NCBI GenBank assembly: GCA_963727825.1 | Contig: CAVSHO010000011.1 | Location: 320,001 to 384,000 of the forward strand | Length of the DNA: 64,000 bases | Direction: 5' to 3' | Source of the DNA: Ignavibacteriota bacterium | GTDB taxonomy: Bacteria; Bacteroidota; Ignavibacteria; UBA10030 | Shown here: in pieces, positions 42,387 through 52,526 of the stretch | How the letters are laid out: each line of letters starts with the position of its first letter | How positions within the stretch are numbered: position 1 is the first letter of the stretch | Program-made: the position numbers and the translations under genes | Notes under the pieces: model-generated | Told to the model about the DNA's origin: nothing | The model's database searches: none | What the model saw: the letters and a program-made list of their open reading frames with translations, nothing else

Positions 42387-43691
42387 TCATTCCGTTGGTT
42401 GCAACTGTAAAAGCTGTTGAAGACGACGTTTGTTATTAGCAAAGTTCATAGCATTTTCCAAAGATATTTTCTTCTGCAAGTACAAGCGTTTAAGATCCTG
42501 TTCCATGCTTGTCATTCCAAGTTCTGTACCTTCAGAGATCATTTGGTAAATCTCGCTAATATTATTATTCTTGATGGCTGCACGAACCGAAGGAGTCCCG
42601 AGCATAATTTCCTTGGCAAGGACACGTCTTCCATCCAAGCTTGGTACAAGTTTTTGTGAAATAACACATCGGAGTAAGTCTGCCAAACGATTGCGAACCC
42701 GTTCCTGTTCAATTGGTGGTGTCTCACCAATTATCCGGTCAATACTCTCAACTGCTGCAGCCGTATGTAATGTCGAAAATACCTTATGACCTGAATCTGT
42801 AATTTCCAATGCTGTCAAAATTGTTTCAGGATCCCGTAATTCACCAAGCATAATAATATCTGGGTCTTGACGCAGCGCTTGCACCGCACCTTCTTTGAAT
42901 GAAAGCACATCTCTCCCCACCTCTCTATGTCTGATAATGCATTTATCTGACTTGTGAACATACTCGATGGGTGAAGCAATGATAACTATGTGCCCTTCTA
43001 TACTGTGATTGTTTGCATCAATGATGGCATCTAGTGTAGAACTTTTCCCCGAGCCAGTAATTCCAGTTATAAGGCAAAGCCCTTCCTTCGTGTGAGCCAA
43101 ACTTAATACCTTCGTAACATTAACATGCAATTCCAGCTCTTTATAAGGGCGGACAATATTGTTAATTGCACGCATATTTAATGCAAGCTGATCCAGATCA
43201 AAATATGCATCTGCACGAAATCTCCTAAAATCTAGATTATCCCCATATAACATATGAGAGAAATCAAGATTTCTATTCTCAAAAAGAAACGCTCTTTGAC
43301 GCTCTCCTATTACGCTTTGAATAAGGATATTAATTTCGTCCTGTGAATATTTTCCAAATGATGCATCCGGTTTTTTTGATCCATAGACTCGATACCAGAT
43401 ATATCCTTGTGAACCATATCCCCCCATATCAATATCGGATGCATGCAATGTGAACATACGTGAGAGGAAGTGATTGACTAAAGCCAGGAGTTTCATTTTA
43501 GTCGTCTCATCCGTACGTGTCATTACATCGCTAATCATCATTTGTCGCTCAAGTCCCGTAACCGATTTGGGCAGCTGAGATGCCATTTCTTTCAAAATTC
43601 TTATTGCATCAATAACAAATGGCGGTAATTCCGATGGTGAGGATACAGCAGGTGATTCTTTTGGAGAAGGCAATGGTGGTTGGGGCGTCAT
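42387..43691 (-). CDS. pilT: PilT/PilU-family retraction ATPase
   Basis: GITGSGKS, REVGRD, ALRQDPDIIMLGELRDPET, GHKVFSTLHT, GMTSMEQDL. Confidence 0.85.
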   Translation of the reverse strand: MTPQPPLPSPKESPAVSSPSELPPFVIDAIRILKEMASQLPKSVTGLERQMMISDVMTRTDETTKMKLLALVNHFLSRMFTLHASDIDMGGYGSQGYIWYRVYGSKKPDASFGKYSQDEINILIQSVIGERQRAFLFENRNLDFSHMLYGDNLDFRRFRADAYFDLDQLALNMRAINNIVRPYKELELHVNVTKVLSLAHTKEGLCLITGITGSGKSSTLDAIIDANNHSIEGHIVIIASPIEYVHKSDKCIIRHREVGRDVLSFKEGAVQALRQDPDIIMLGELRDPETILTALEITDSGHKVFSTLHTAAAVESIDRIIGETPPIEQERVRNRLADLLRCVISQKLVPSLDGRRVLAKEIMLGTPSVRAAIKNNNISEIYQMISEGTELGMTSMEQDLKRLYLQKKISLENAMNFANNKRRLQQLLQLQPTE

Positions 43692-43768
43692 TTAAATATT
43701 TTTATTGTTAAATAAGGAACATTCTTGTCAAAATATTTTAGATAAATTATATGCCCTTGTTCAACTAA

Positions 43769-43797
43769 ATAATAAGAAACTCCAACTGAAAAAGCAA
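43769..43797 (-). promoter_or_regulatory. Putative sigma70 promoter upstream of pilT
   Basis: Minus strand TTGCTT, 17 nt, TATTAT in an AT-rich gap. Confidence 0.4.
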
Positions 43798-43966
43798 TAG
43801 ATATAAAGGGTTTTTTTAAGTGAAAGCACCTTTCCCCTTGTGTAGAAATCACATACACGTTTTATGGGTTCAATAATTCCAAAAATTTTATGGTTTTCAA
43901 AATAAAAAGGATGTTTTATAATTTAGTACATTTACTCAGTTCCATATAATTAAATTTTCAAAAAGT

Positions 43967-45760
43967 TTAATCTTCTTCAGTAGTGGTTGCTACGATTTCT
44001 TCGAGTGTTGTAGATCCTTCCTTCATACGCTCCATACCAGACCGGCGCAATGTCCACATGCCATCTTTCGAAGCCTGTTCTCGAATAGCATTTTCATCTA
44101 CTTTTTCACCAGCATTAAGAATGATGTCCTTGATGGCTTTTGTAAAATACAGAGCTTCATGAATAGCAGCTCGACCTTTATAGCCACCGCTGCATTTTTC
44201 GCATCCCACAGCTTGATAGAACGTATGTGTGGCAACATCCTCTTCGGTAAAACCGAATTTTAACAAATCGTTTTTTTCGCTGATATCCATCGGTTGTTTA
44301 CATACTTTACAAAGAGTTCGGATCAAGCGTTGGGCAACGATGACATTGATTGCATACGCAAGCAAAAAGGGTTCAATACCCATTTTATAGAGACGGGCAA
44401 TCGCACTCGGCGCGTCATTTGTATGTAAGGTGGAAAATACTAAATGGCCTGTATTTGCCATCTTCACGGCAGTTTCCGCGGTAATTTTATCGCGCATTTC
44501 GCCTACCAGCACAATATCCGGATCGTGACGGAGGATGCCACGAATAGCTTCCTCAAATCCCATTTTGGGGCCAATTTTTAGCTGACGTGCACCTTTAATA
44601 ATATATTCAACCGGCTCTTCAATCGTCAGTACATTTACTGTAGGGTCAATAACCTGATATAATGCTGCAATCAGGGTAGTTGATTTACCAGAACCCGTAG
44701 GACCTGTGAGGATAATAATACCTTGAGGCTTATTTATTGCCTTGTAGAAAAAGCCACGTGCTGGTCCCTGTAAACCAAGCTTTTCGAGATCGGTGATTAC
44801 TTTTCGGTCATCTAAAATACGTATTACAATACTTTCAAATTTGTGTTTAAATTCCGTTGTCACAATCGGCATAATTGAGACACGAAATCGCATTTGATGT
44901 CCGTCGATGACACGTTGGATGAATCCATCTTGAGTCATTTCACGTTCGAATCTATCTACATTTTTTGTGCGATCCTTGACAACAGCAAGCACTGCCTCCG
45001 GCAATGTGTTTTCCTGAATATGCCAGACTCTGAGATCGCCATCGATTCGAAATAAAAAGTTAGTCCGATTCCCCTCTGCTGCAACGATATGTACGTCACT
45101 CACGTCTTTTCGAACTGCTTCAACCAAACAACCTTCAAACAAATTCACCAGAGCACTTTTGCTAATCTCTGCTTCGAGGGCCTGTTCATCTAGTTCCCCT
45201 TCTTCTCCGCCACCGCTTTCATCAACAGTAATTTTATTGTCATCGAGGAGTTTTAGGAATTCATTTTGTGCTGGCGCTACCTTATCCATCAACGATTGCA
45301 AGTCTTTCAAGCGTACATAGCAAATTTCATATTTCTTCACATTGAAACTGCGAGCTACAATTGGCAAATTGCGATCTGTGGGATCTGCAGCAATAATAAT
45401 GAGCTTGTCCGGTTGTCGCTCGTCAAACTTGAATGGCAGCATCTTTGATTGGATCATCATTTCCCGCTGCTGATCTGAAAGTTGTTCAATGTACTTCTTC
45501 ACAAAAGCGATTCGTGCTTCTTCAACTTTTTCATCATTGAGAAATATTTCACGAAACGCATAGAGGTTCGCTACTTCGCGAAAGACAGCATCATGGTCTG
45601 CACCAAATTCTGTTACAAGAATCTGCCCCAGATTCTTTCGATTTTTCTTGTTATCCTCGGAATCCTTCATCTTGAGCGATTTCTCAAGCGTCTCAAAATC
45701 TATGATACCTTTCTTAAGCAGCGTATATCCGATTTTATCAGTTATATCTATTTCAGGCAT
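43967..45760 (-). CDS. pilB: PilB/GspE assembly ATPase
   Basis: SDVHI, FRIDG, GPTGSGKSTTL, LRHDPDIVLVGEMRD, TGHLVFSTLHTND, CKVC/CEKC zinc motif, MshEN-like N-terminus. Confidence 0.92.
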   Translation of the reverse strand: MPEIDITDKIGYTLLKKGIIDFETLEKSLKMKDSEDNKKNRKNLGQILVTEFGADHDAVFREVANLYAFREIFLNDEKVEEARIAFVKKYIEQLSDQQREMMIQSKMLPFKFDERQPDKLIIIAADPTDRNLPIVARSFNVKKYEICYVRLKDLQSLMDKVAPAQNEFLKLLDDNKITVDESGGGEEGELDEQALEAEISKSALVNLFEGCLVEAVRKDVSDVHIVAAEGNRTNFLFRIDGDLRVWHIQENTLPEAVLAVVKDRTKNVDRFEREMTQDGFIQRVIDGHQMRFRVSIMPIVTTEFKHKFESIVIRILDDRKVITDLEKLGLQGPARGFFYKAINKPQGIIILTGPTGSGKSTTLIAALYQVIDPTVNVLTIEEPVEYIIKGARQLKIGPKMGFEEAIRGILRHDPDIVLVGEMRDKITAETAVKMANTGHLVFSTLHTNDAPSAIARLYKMGIEPFLLAYAINVIVAQRLIRTLCKVCKQPMDISEKNDLLKFGFTEEDVATHTFYQAVGCEKCSGGYKGRAAIHEALYFTKAIKDIILNAGEKVDENAIREQASKDGMWTLRRSGMERMKEGSTTLEEIVATTTEED

Positions 45761-45795
45761 GGTTCCGTTCCTCTATATAAATAACTTCCTTATAT

Positions 45796-47172
45796 TCATG
45801 GAAGTAAAAAACGCAATGGTAAGAGCATATGCGATCCTGGAGTTTCTGGCTTTACTAACGCTGTTTCCGAAGAAACAAGGGTTAACGCTGTCAGTACTAT
45901 CATCATAATCATCGATACAGCTAATTGAATAGCTTCAATTGCATTCTTCATCCTATAAGATGTTTCTTTTTCATAATATTCCGCTAATTGAAGAGCTGTC
46001 GCTTTCACAGTTCCTGTTTCTGCCCCTGATGCGAACCTAGAAATAGCCGTTTTAGTGAATACGCCGGTTGCTTCAAATGCTTCTGTCAAACCTTTTCCAC
46101 GTTCGAGCATCATAGGAATGGCGATCGTTTTAATCTGTTGTTCCATATATCTATTGCCACATGCCTCTGCTGCCATTCGGATAATTTCAATATTTTCACC
46201 TGATCCGCTATATAGCGCATAAAACACTCGACAAAATATTTCGATTGCAGTTTTATGAAACATAGGACCTAAAACTGGAATTCTGATCATATACTTATCC
46301 ATTAAAAATTTTCCTCTTTCTGTGCTCATGAAGCGCCCAAAAACGACACTTGGCACACCGAATAGAATTACAAGAACGATTGCATGTTCAGTCATCCAAT
46401 CGCTCGCTTTCAATGTCGCTGCTGTCATTGGAGGAAGCTTGATGTGAAATTTAACAAACATTTCTGCTGTCTTAGGGAAAATATAATAAACATAAAATAA
46501 GCAGGCTAGGAACAACACAAATAGAGTGATCAAGGGAGTAATAAGAGCACTTCGAAGATTTTTTTTAAATTCCATATTGCGTTCCATAAATTTTGCGGCG
46601 CTTTCATAAATCTCTGCCATATTCCCGCTCTTCGAAGCAAGACCAAGCATTTGCGCTGTGAATTTACCAATCACCGGCGCTTGTTTCATAAACACTTTTT
46701 CACTGTCTTTACCTTGCTTTAGTTCTGTATTGATTTCTTTAATCGCATCGCGTAATCCTGCATTGGGAATGTCATTGATTAACAATTGCATCACTTCATT
46801 AAATGGAAGTTTTTGTCTCATTAAGTCTGTACTTACTCTTACAAAAGAGATAACATCAACCCCTGGAGCGGCATGTTGTTTGTTCCCAAATAATTTCTTT
46901 CGAACATAAAGAACATTAAATCCCATTTTTTCCAGCGCTACTCGAACTTCGTCAGAAGTAAACGCTTTCTGTTCGCCGTCGATCGGTTTGTCAGTTCCTT
47001 TTCTCACTCGATAGATGAATGTCACACGTTCGTGAATGCCTGTCACTTTAAACTTTTTTTCACGCGAAAGTTCTGCTGCTTTACTTTTGGCAATACCTTT
47101 ATTGTCAGCTGTGATAGAACCGGAAACCACTTTTCCAGCAAGCGATACACCATCAACACGATATTCAGGCAT
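45796..47172 (-). CDS. pilC: PilC/GspF inner-membrane platform protein
   Basis: Two T2SS-F repeats, LPPMT, DKYMIRIPVLG, GAETG. Confidence 0.88.
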   Translation of the reverse strand: MPEYRVDGVSLAGKVVSGSITADNKGIAKSKAAELSREKKFKVTGIHERVTFIYRVRKGTDKPIDGEQKAFTSDEVRVALEKMGFNVLYVRKKLFGNKQHAAPGVDVISFVRVSTDLMRQKLPFNEVMQLLINDIPNAGLRDAIKEINTELKQGKDSEKVFMKQAPVIGKFTAQMLGLASKSGNMAEIYESAAKFMERNMEFKKNLRSALITPLITLFVLFLACLFYVYYIFPKTAEMFVKFHIKLPPMTAATLKASDWMTEHAIVLVILFGVPSVVFGRFMSTERGKFLMDKYMIRIPVLGPMFHKTAIEIFCRVFYALYSGSGENIEIIRMAAEACGNRYMEQQIKTIAIPMMLERGKGLTEAFEATGVFTKTAISRFASGAETGTVKATALQLAEYYEKETSYRMKNAIEAIQLAVSMIMMIVLTALTLVSSETALVKPETPGSHMLLPLRFLLP

Positions 47173-47222
47173 AAGCTATTTCTCTAAATGTGATTGTTGG
47201 TTATTCAAATTACATGTATACG

Positions 47223-47251
47223 ATAATACACTTTTTCGCTCTTTGTGTCAA
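47223..47251 (-). promoter_or_regulatory. Near-consensus sigma70 promoter of pilC-pilB
   Basis: Minus strand TTGACA, 17 nt, TATTAT, about 50 nt upstream of the pilC start. Confidence 0.75.
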
Positions 47252-47332
47252 GAACTGATGACCCGACCCGCCGCAATTAAAACGAAACTCTGCTGAAACG
47301 AGATTTTAATATTGAATTAGATAAATATGCCT

Positions 47333-48538
47333 CTATTTAAGTTTAAATGAACCAATAAATGCTAATGGGAACGCAGCATACCAGGCAGATGCTTTGACAA
47401 GATGGTCCACTGGAATGTGTTCTGTTGCCATATGTGCATAAATTTCATTGCCAGGACCGAAGCCTATGCACGGAATTCCATATTGACCCATCACTGCTAC
47501 ACCATTCGTACTGAACACCCAACGACTAACTTTCGGTTTCTCATTAAACAATCCTTCATAAGATTTAATACCGTACGTCAAGATTGGATGGTTCTCCGGT
47601 AATAGCCATGTTGGATAGTATTTCTTCGTAGGATATGTTAATCCGCGCCAGCTTGGAACTGTATAGTCCAGTACTACAACTTCGGCTTCTGCTTTCTTCA
47701 CACTTGGCAATTCTTGAATCTCGCGTACCGCTGACTCCATTGTGTCAGTTGCAGCAAGCCGCCTATCTAAATGAATTGTTGACGAATCTGCCACAGCACA
47801 AAGCGAGGGCGATGTGGAACGAATTTCCGCGATTGTTACAGTCCCTTTGCCAAGAAATGGTTCACCGCTTAATCGTTCATTCAACTTTTCGATATCTTCA
47901 ACAATCGGCGCCATTTTGTACACCGCATTCACACCACGCTCGGGTGCAGAGCCGTGGCATGAAATTCCTTTTGTGTGTACTTCAATTTCCATACGACCGC
48001 GATGGCCACGATAGATAGCAAGATTCGTCGGCTCGGCAATAACAACAACTTCAGGTCGTAACTTATCTTCTTTAATGATGTACTGCCAACAGAGCCCATC
48101 GCAATCTTCTTCTTGCACGCTGCCGACAATATAAAGCGTATAGTCATCTTCCAATCCAAGTTCTTTAATAATCTTTCCGCCATAAATAATCGATGCAAGC
48201 GCACCTTTCATATCGCATGCGCCTCTTCCATAGATGATACCATCCTTCTCAGTTCCTTTGAATGGATCGATTGTCCAGTTTGCCGGATTGCCGACATCGA
48301 CCGTATCTACATGCGCATCCAATGCGATTAGATGTTTTCCATGTCCGATGCGTCCAAGAATATTGCCCATCGGGTCAATTGTGATTTCATCATATTCGCA
48401 TTTTTCCATTTCTTGTTTTATACGATAGATGACTTGTTCTTCTTGTGAACTCAACGATTTTATCGCAATCAATTCTCGCAGGAATTGTGCTACCTGACGT
48501 TCGTTCTTTTGTGCGGTTTTCAGGATTTCTTTGAACAT
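47333..48538 (-). CDS. ygeY: YgeY-family M20 metallohydrolase
   Basis: DAHVDTV, GRGACDMKG, QEEDCDGLCWQYI, RGHRGRMEI, SCHGSAPERG, FSTNGV. Confidence 0.9.
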   Translation of the reverse strand: MFKEILKTAQKNERQVAQFLRELIAIKSLSSQEEQVIYRIKQEMEKCEYDEITIDPMGNILGRIGHGKHLIALDAHVDTVDVGNPANWTIDPFKGTEKDGIIYGRGACDMKGALASIIYGGKIIKELGLEDDYTLYIVGSVQEEDCDGLCWQYIIKEDKLRPEVVVIAEPTNLAIYRGHRGRMEIEVHTKGISCHGSAPERGVNAVYKMAPIVEDIEKLNERLSGEPFLGKGTVTIAEIRSTSPSLCAVADSSTIHLDRRLAATDTMESAVREIQELPSVKKAEAEVVVLDYTVPSWRGLTYPTKKYYPTWLLPENHPILTYGIKSYEGLFNEKPKVSRWVFSTNGVAVMGQYGIPCIGFGPGNEIYAHMATEHIPVDHLVKASAWYAAFPLAFIGSFKLK

Positions 48539-48553
48539 AACTTCCTCTTAGGC

Positions 48554-48610
48554 AACCTTGTCAAAGTTTAGTATGCCCGCCGTCTTAGTGGCGGGAACTT
48601 TGACAAGGTT
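48554..48610. repeat. Nested palindromic (REP-like) element
   Basis: Perfect 15-bp inverted repeat AACCTTGTCAAAGTT/AACTTTGACAAGGTT enclosing CCCGCC-N8-GGCGGG. Confidence 0.75.
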
Positions 48611-48612
48611 AA

Positions 48613-50065
48613 TTACTTTGCCAATTCATTAAACTCTGTGATCAACTTATCGAAATATCCGACTTCGTCTTCAAACAGACTTCGCCAATATTCCGGCTCC
48701 CATTGCTGTCGGAGTTCATCGGACAATTTCCCCTGCTGTTCAACCCAAGTAAAATACTTTAAATTATGTATTGCCTTGCGCTCATAATAAGTCAGCTCTT
48801 TATAATAATCGATGCTCTGGTGCATTAATGGTCCAGCGTGATCCTTTGCTGCTTCGATTTGTGAATACATACCGCGTTCACGTTTCAATTCCTCCACTCG
48901 AGATCGATACATATCTGCAGAATCAGTGAAAATAGTCAGTAAAACATCCGATGCGCCATATTCAAAATACTTTGCTGTTTTAATTGCAGAGAGCATGTTT
49001 GATATGCTGGAAATTCCCAGAAGTTTCAAACTTTCAACTTGTGCATCCGTCACGCCAAGCGACTTCAGATATTTCTGTCCTTCCGATTCATTGAATAATC
49101 GCAGGACGCGCATGCAATCTTCATCGTCCACCGCAGAAACGGTATCTGTATTCCGGACATTATGAACCCACGGTACGTGTTTGTCACCAATACCTTCAAT
49201 GCGATGCTCGCCAAAGCCATTCATTAGTAATGTCGGACACTGCAATGCTTCACTTGCGACTATCTTCAAATGTGGATGATAGTTTCTTCAGATAATCACC
49301 AGCCGCAATTGTTCCGGCAGAACCTGTTGCCGAAATATACGCCGCTGCATTTCCATTCTTCATACCGAGTGCAAGAAACATTTCTTCCAATGCCGGTCCA
49401 GTTACATTGTAATGCCAAATCGGATTTCCAAATTCTTCAAATTGATTGAAGATGATGTTGAGCGAATCCTTTTTCAATTCCCAGCATTTATCGTAAATTT
49501 CCTTCACGTTGGATTCGGTGCCGGGCGTCGTAATGACTTCCGCACCGATTTCTTTTAGCCACACAAAACGTTCTTTCGACATCCCTTCGGGAAGAATCGC
49601 AACTGCCGTACAATCCAACAGGGCACAATCGAATGCGCCCCCGCGGCAATAATTTCCCGTCGATGGCCACACTGCTTTATGCTTATCGGGGTTAAACTCG
49701 CCGCTCACAAGGCGCGGAACCAAACATCCAAATGCTGCGCCGACTTTGTGCGCGCCCGTCGGAAAATATTTTCCAATAAGGCCGACAATATGTGTATCCA
49801 CACCGCTGATGGCTTGGGGAATTTCAAAATAATTTACATCGCCAAAACTGCCCGTCTTCAAATCGTTCTTCCATGTGATGCGAAATAAGTTGAGCGGATT
49901 AACATCCCACAAACCGATTGCCGGAAGCTGTTTCTTTATAGCATCAGGGATAAGTTTTGGATCCCGCATTTGCGCAAAGGTCGGAATAGTGATACCATAC
50001 TTTTTGCATCGCGCGGCGGTTTTCTTTACAACCTCATGATTAATATGCTTAATGATTTTCGACAT
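48613..50065 (-). pseudogene. PLP-dependent fold-type II enzyme (cysteine synthase-like), split by a +1 frameshift into 49250-50065 and 48613-49269
   Basis: FPTGAHKVGA (PLP lysine), PSTGNY and ATGSAGT lie in part 1; LKIVASEALQCPTL and IEGIGDKH in part 2; about 483 aa if joined. May be an assembly error. Confidence 0.8.
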
Positions 50066-50076
50066 ATTTTACTCCT

Positions 50077-51267
50077 TCACACCGATCGTCTTTGATTTCG
50101 GTTAACAATCGCTTGCAGTTTTTCTGAGGGATTTTGGATGCGCATCAAGAACATAATCGCTGCAATAACGAACGGTTTGTAACTCGCTTCTGCGTACGTG
50201 GCAAGACGGTTTTTTTCAAATACACTCTTGGAAACTTCACCTTCTGCACAGCTCACATCAGAAATATCTGCCGGCAGGCAATGCATATACAATGCTTCGC
50301 CGTTCTTCGTCAGTTTCATTTTCTGTTCATCACATTCCCAGTTCTTAAACTTCGCATTATTCGCAAGACATTCTTTTTCTAATTCTTTCAATCCGGGTTT
50401 ATCATTATTATTCAGCAACATCGTACGCCGCCGCATTACATGATATGGCGCCCATGATTTCGGATACACAACGTCGGCATTCTTAAACGCTTCGTCCATA
50501 CTATTTACCACTTCAAACGTACCACCGTGCTGCACCGACTGCTTTTTCGCCAATTCAATAACTTCGGGAATTAATTCATATCCTTCAGGATACGCAAGAG
50601 AGACATTCATTCCGAAACGTGACATCAGTCCTACAATGCCCTGTGGAACAGAGAGCGGTTTGCCGTAACTCGGCGAATATGCCCACGCCATTGCAATTTT
50701 TTTACCACGAAGATTTTCCAACGAACCAAACGTGTTCTTCAACTGCATAAGATCAGCAAGCGTTTGCGTTGGATGATCGATATCGCATTGCAAGTTGACA
50801 ATGTTCGGGCGTTGATGCAATATTCCCTGTTCATATCCTTCCTGTACAGCAGCTCCAAATTCCCGCATATATTTATTACCCTCGCCGAGAAACATATCGT
50901 CACGAATACCGATAATTTCTGCAAGAAACGAGATCATAATTGCTGTTTCACGAACAGTTTCTCCGTGGGTAATCTGCGATTTTTCTTCATCAAGCTCACA
51001 AAGTCCAAATCCCAGCGCATTTGCCGCAGATGCAAAACTGAACCGCGTGCGCGTAGAATTATCGCGGAAGATAGAAATCGCAAGTCCTGTATCGAATGAG
51101 CGGAATGAGATTCCCGCTTTGTGCAGCTCGTTCATCAATTTCGCTACTATGAGCACGACTTTGATTTCATCATAGGTTCGCTCCCATGTTAACAGAAAGT
51201 CTCGGTTATGCATATCCGTTTGCATGTGTTTTAGGAGTTCGAGATTATTTTGAATGACATTCGACAT
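50077..51267 (-). CDS. ygeW: Knotted carbamoyltransferase YgeW
   Basis: FRDNSTRTRFSF, NLQCDIDHPTQ, WAYSPSYGKPLSVPQG, YPKSWAP, MHCLPADI. Confidence 0.95.
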   Translation of the reverse strand: MSNVIQNNLELLKHMQTDMHNRDFLLTWERTYDEIKVVLIVAKLMNELHKAGISFRSFDTGLAISIFRDNSTRTRFSFASAANALGFGLCELDEEKSQITHGETVRETAIMISFLAEIIGIRDDMFLGEGNKYMREFGAAVQEGYEQGILHQRPNIVNLQCDIDHPTQTLADLMQLKNTFGSLENLRGKKIAMAWAYSPSYGKPLSVPQGIVGLMSRFGMNVSLAYPEGYELIPEVIELAKKQSVQHGGTFEVVNSMDEAFKNADVVYPKSWAPYHVMRRRTMLLNNNDKPGLKELEKECLANNAKFKNWECDEQKMKLTKNGEALYMHCLPADISDVSCAEGEVSKSVFEKNRLATYAEASYKPFVIAAIMFLMRIQNPSEKLQAIVNRNQRRSV

Positions 51268-51291
51268 CTTTATTTCTCCATCAATCTTAGT

Positions 51292-52524
51292 TTATTTCCA
51301 CTCCACTATATCGATGCAGCCATCTACCGGACAAACAAATTTACACAGTCCGCACCCAACGCATCGCTCCCAATCAATATGTGCAATGCGATTTTTTCGA
51401 CGGTCAATTGCCATATGGCCGCCGTCTCGGCAAGCGACAAAACAAAGGTCGCAACCAATACACAAATTTTCGTGAATGTGATTGCGCATACGTTTTCTTG
51501 GCAGTTCATCATGCGATACAATATTCGGCAGTGCCTTTCCAACAATTTCTTTTGGTGATGAAAATTTCATCTCATCGAGATAATGCGACAATCCGCTTTT
51601 CAAATCATCAATGACACGGAAGCCGTAATGCATTACCACCGTGCAAAATTCCACCACACTGGCACCAACCGACATAAATTCAACAGCATCACTCCAGGTG
51701 CTTGCGCCGCCTGTCCCCATAATCGGAATATCAACATTGCGCGCTATCTCGGCTATCGTACGAAGCGTGATCGGTTTTATAGCGGGGCCTGTCATACCAC
51801 TATATGTAGACTTGCCACCGAGATTTGGATTGGGAGTAAATGTCTTTATATCAATTCCCATCAATGCTTGAATAGAGTTCGATGCAGTCAACGCATCACA
51901 TCCGCTTCGTTTCACTGCTCTTGCAACTTCAACAATATCTGTTACATGAGGAGTTATTTTGATCGAAATCGGAACTCGCTTCGATGCTTCTTTCACCCAA
52001 CGCGCAGTCAATTCTGTTGCGCTCAAACTTTGCGCCAGCATCTTGCCCGGATCTTCGCCAATATTTCCCTGTGGGCATGAAAAACTGCATTCAATCAAAT
52101 CGACACCGGCATTCTCCAACCTTTCAACGAGACGCTGCCAATCTTCTTTTCTTCCCGCCATAATACTTGCGGCAACCATTTTTTCCGGAAATTCTTTCTT
52201 CAGCATTCGAACATTGTATTCCACTTTGTCGATATGATGTTCGGAGATAAGATCGATATTCCCCATTCCAAACAACTTTCGTCCTTCATAGTCAAATGCG
52301 GACATCATAGGGTAGCAAAGATCAACTTTAGTTCCTTCCACTGATGTTGTCTTGAGAATTGCTCCTGCCCATCCCATCTGAAATCCACGTCGCACCATAT
52401 CCAGATCATCTGTCGAGGGAGCAGCGGCAAGAATAAATGGATTCCCAAAATGGATTTCGAGAAAATCGTACGAAAGATCACGCACTGGATAAATTTCTAT
52501 TTCCTTAAACCTTTTATATTCCAT
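51292..52524 (-). CDS. preA: Dihydropyrimidine dehydrogenase PreA-like subunit (FMN barrel plus 2x[4Fe-4S])
   Basis: NPFILAAAP, GWAGAILKT, NIDLISE, FSCPQG, GPAIKPI, CIGCDLC and CVGCGLC. Confidence 0.82.
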   Translation of the reverse strand: MEYKRFKEIEIYPVRDLSYDFLEIHFGNPFILAAAPSTDDLDMVRRGFQMGWAGAILKTTSVEGTKVDLCYPMMSAFDYEGRKLFGMGNIDLISEHHIDKVEYNVRMLKKEFPEKMVAASIMAGRKEDWQRLVERLENAGVDLIECSFSCPQGNIGEDPGKMLAQSLSATELTARWVKEASKRVPISIKITPHVTDIVEVARAVKRSGCDALTASNSIQALMGIDIKTFTPNPNLGGKSTYSGMTGPAIKPITLRTIAEIARNVDIPIMGTGGASTWSDAVEFMSVGASVVEFCTVVMHYGFRVIDDLKSGLSHYLDEMKFSSPKEIVGKALPNIVSHDELPRKRMRNHIHENLCIGCDLCFVACRDGGHMAIDRRKNRIAHIDWERCVGCGLCKFVCPVDGCIDIVEWK

Positions 52525-52526
52525 GA

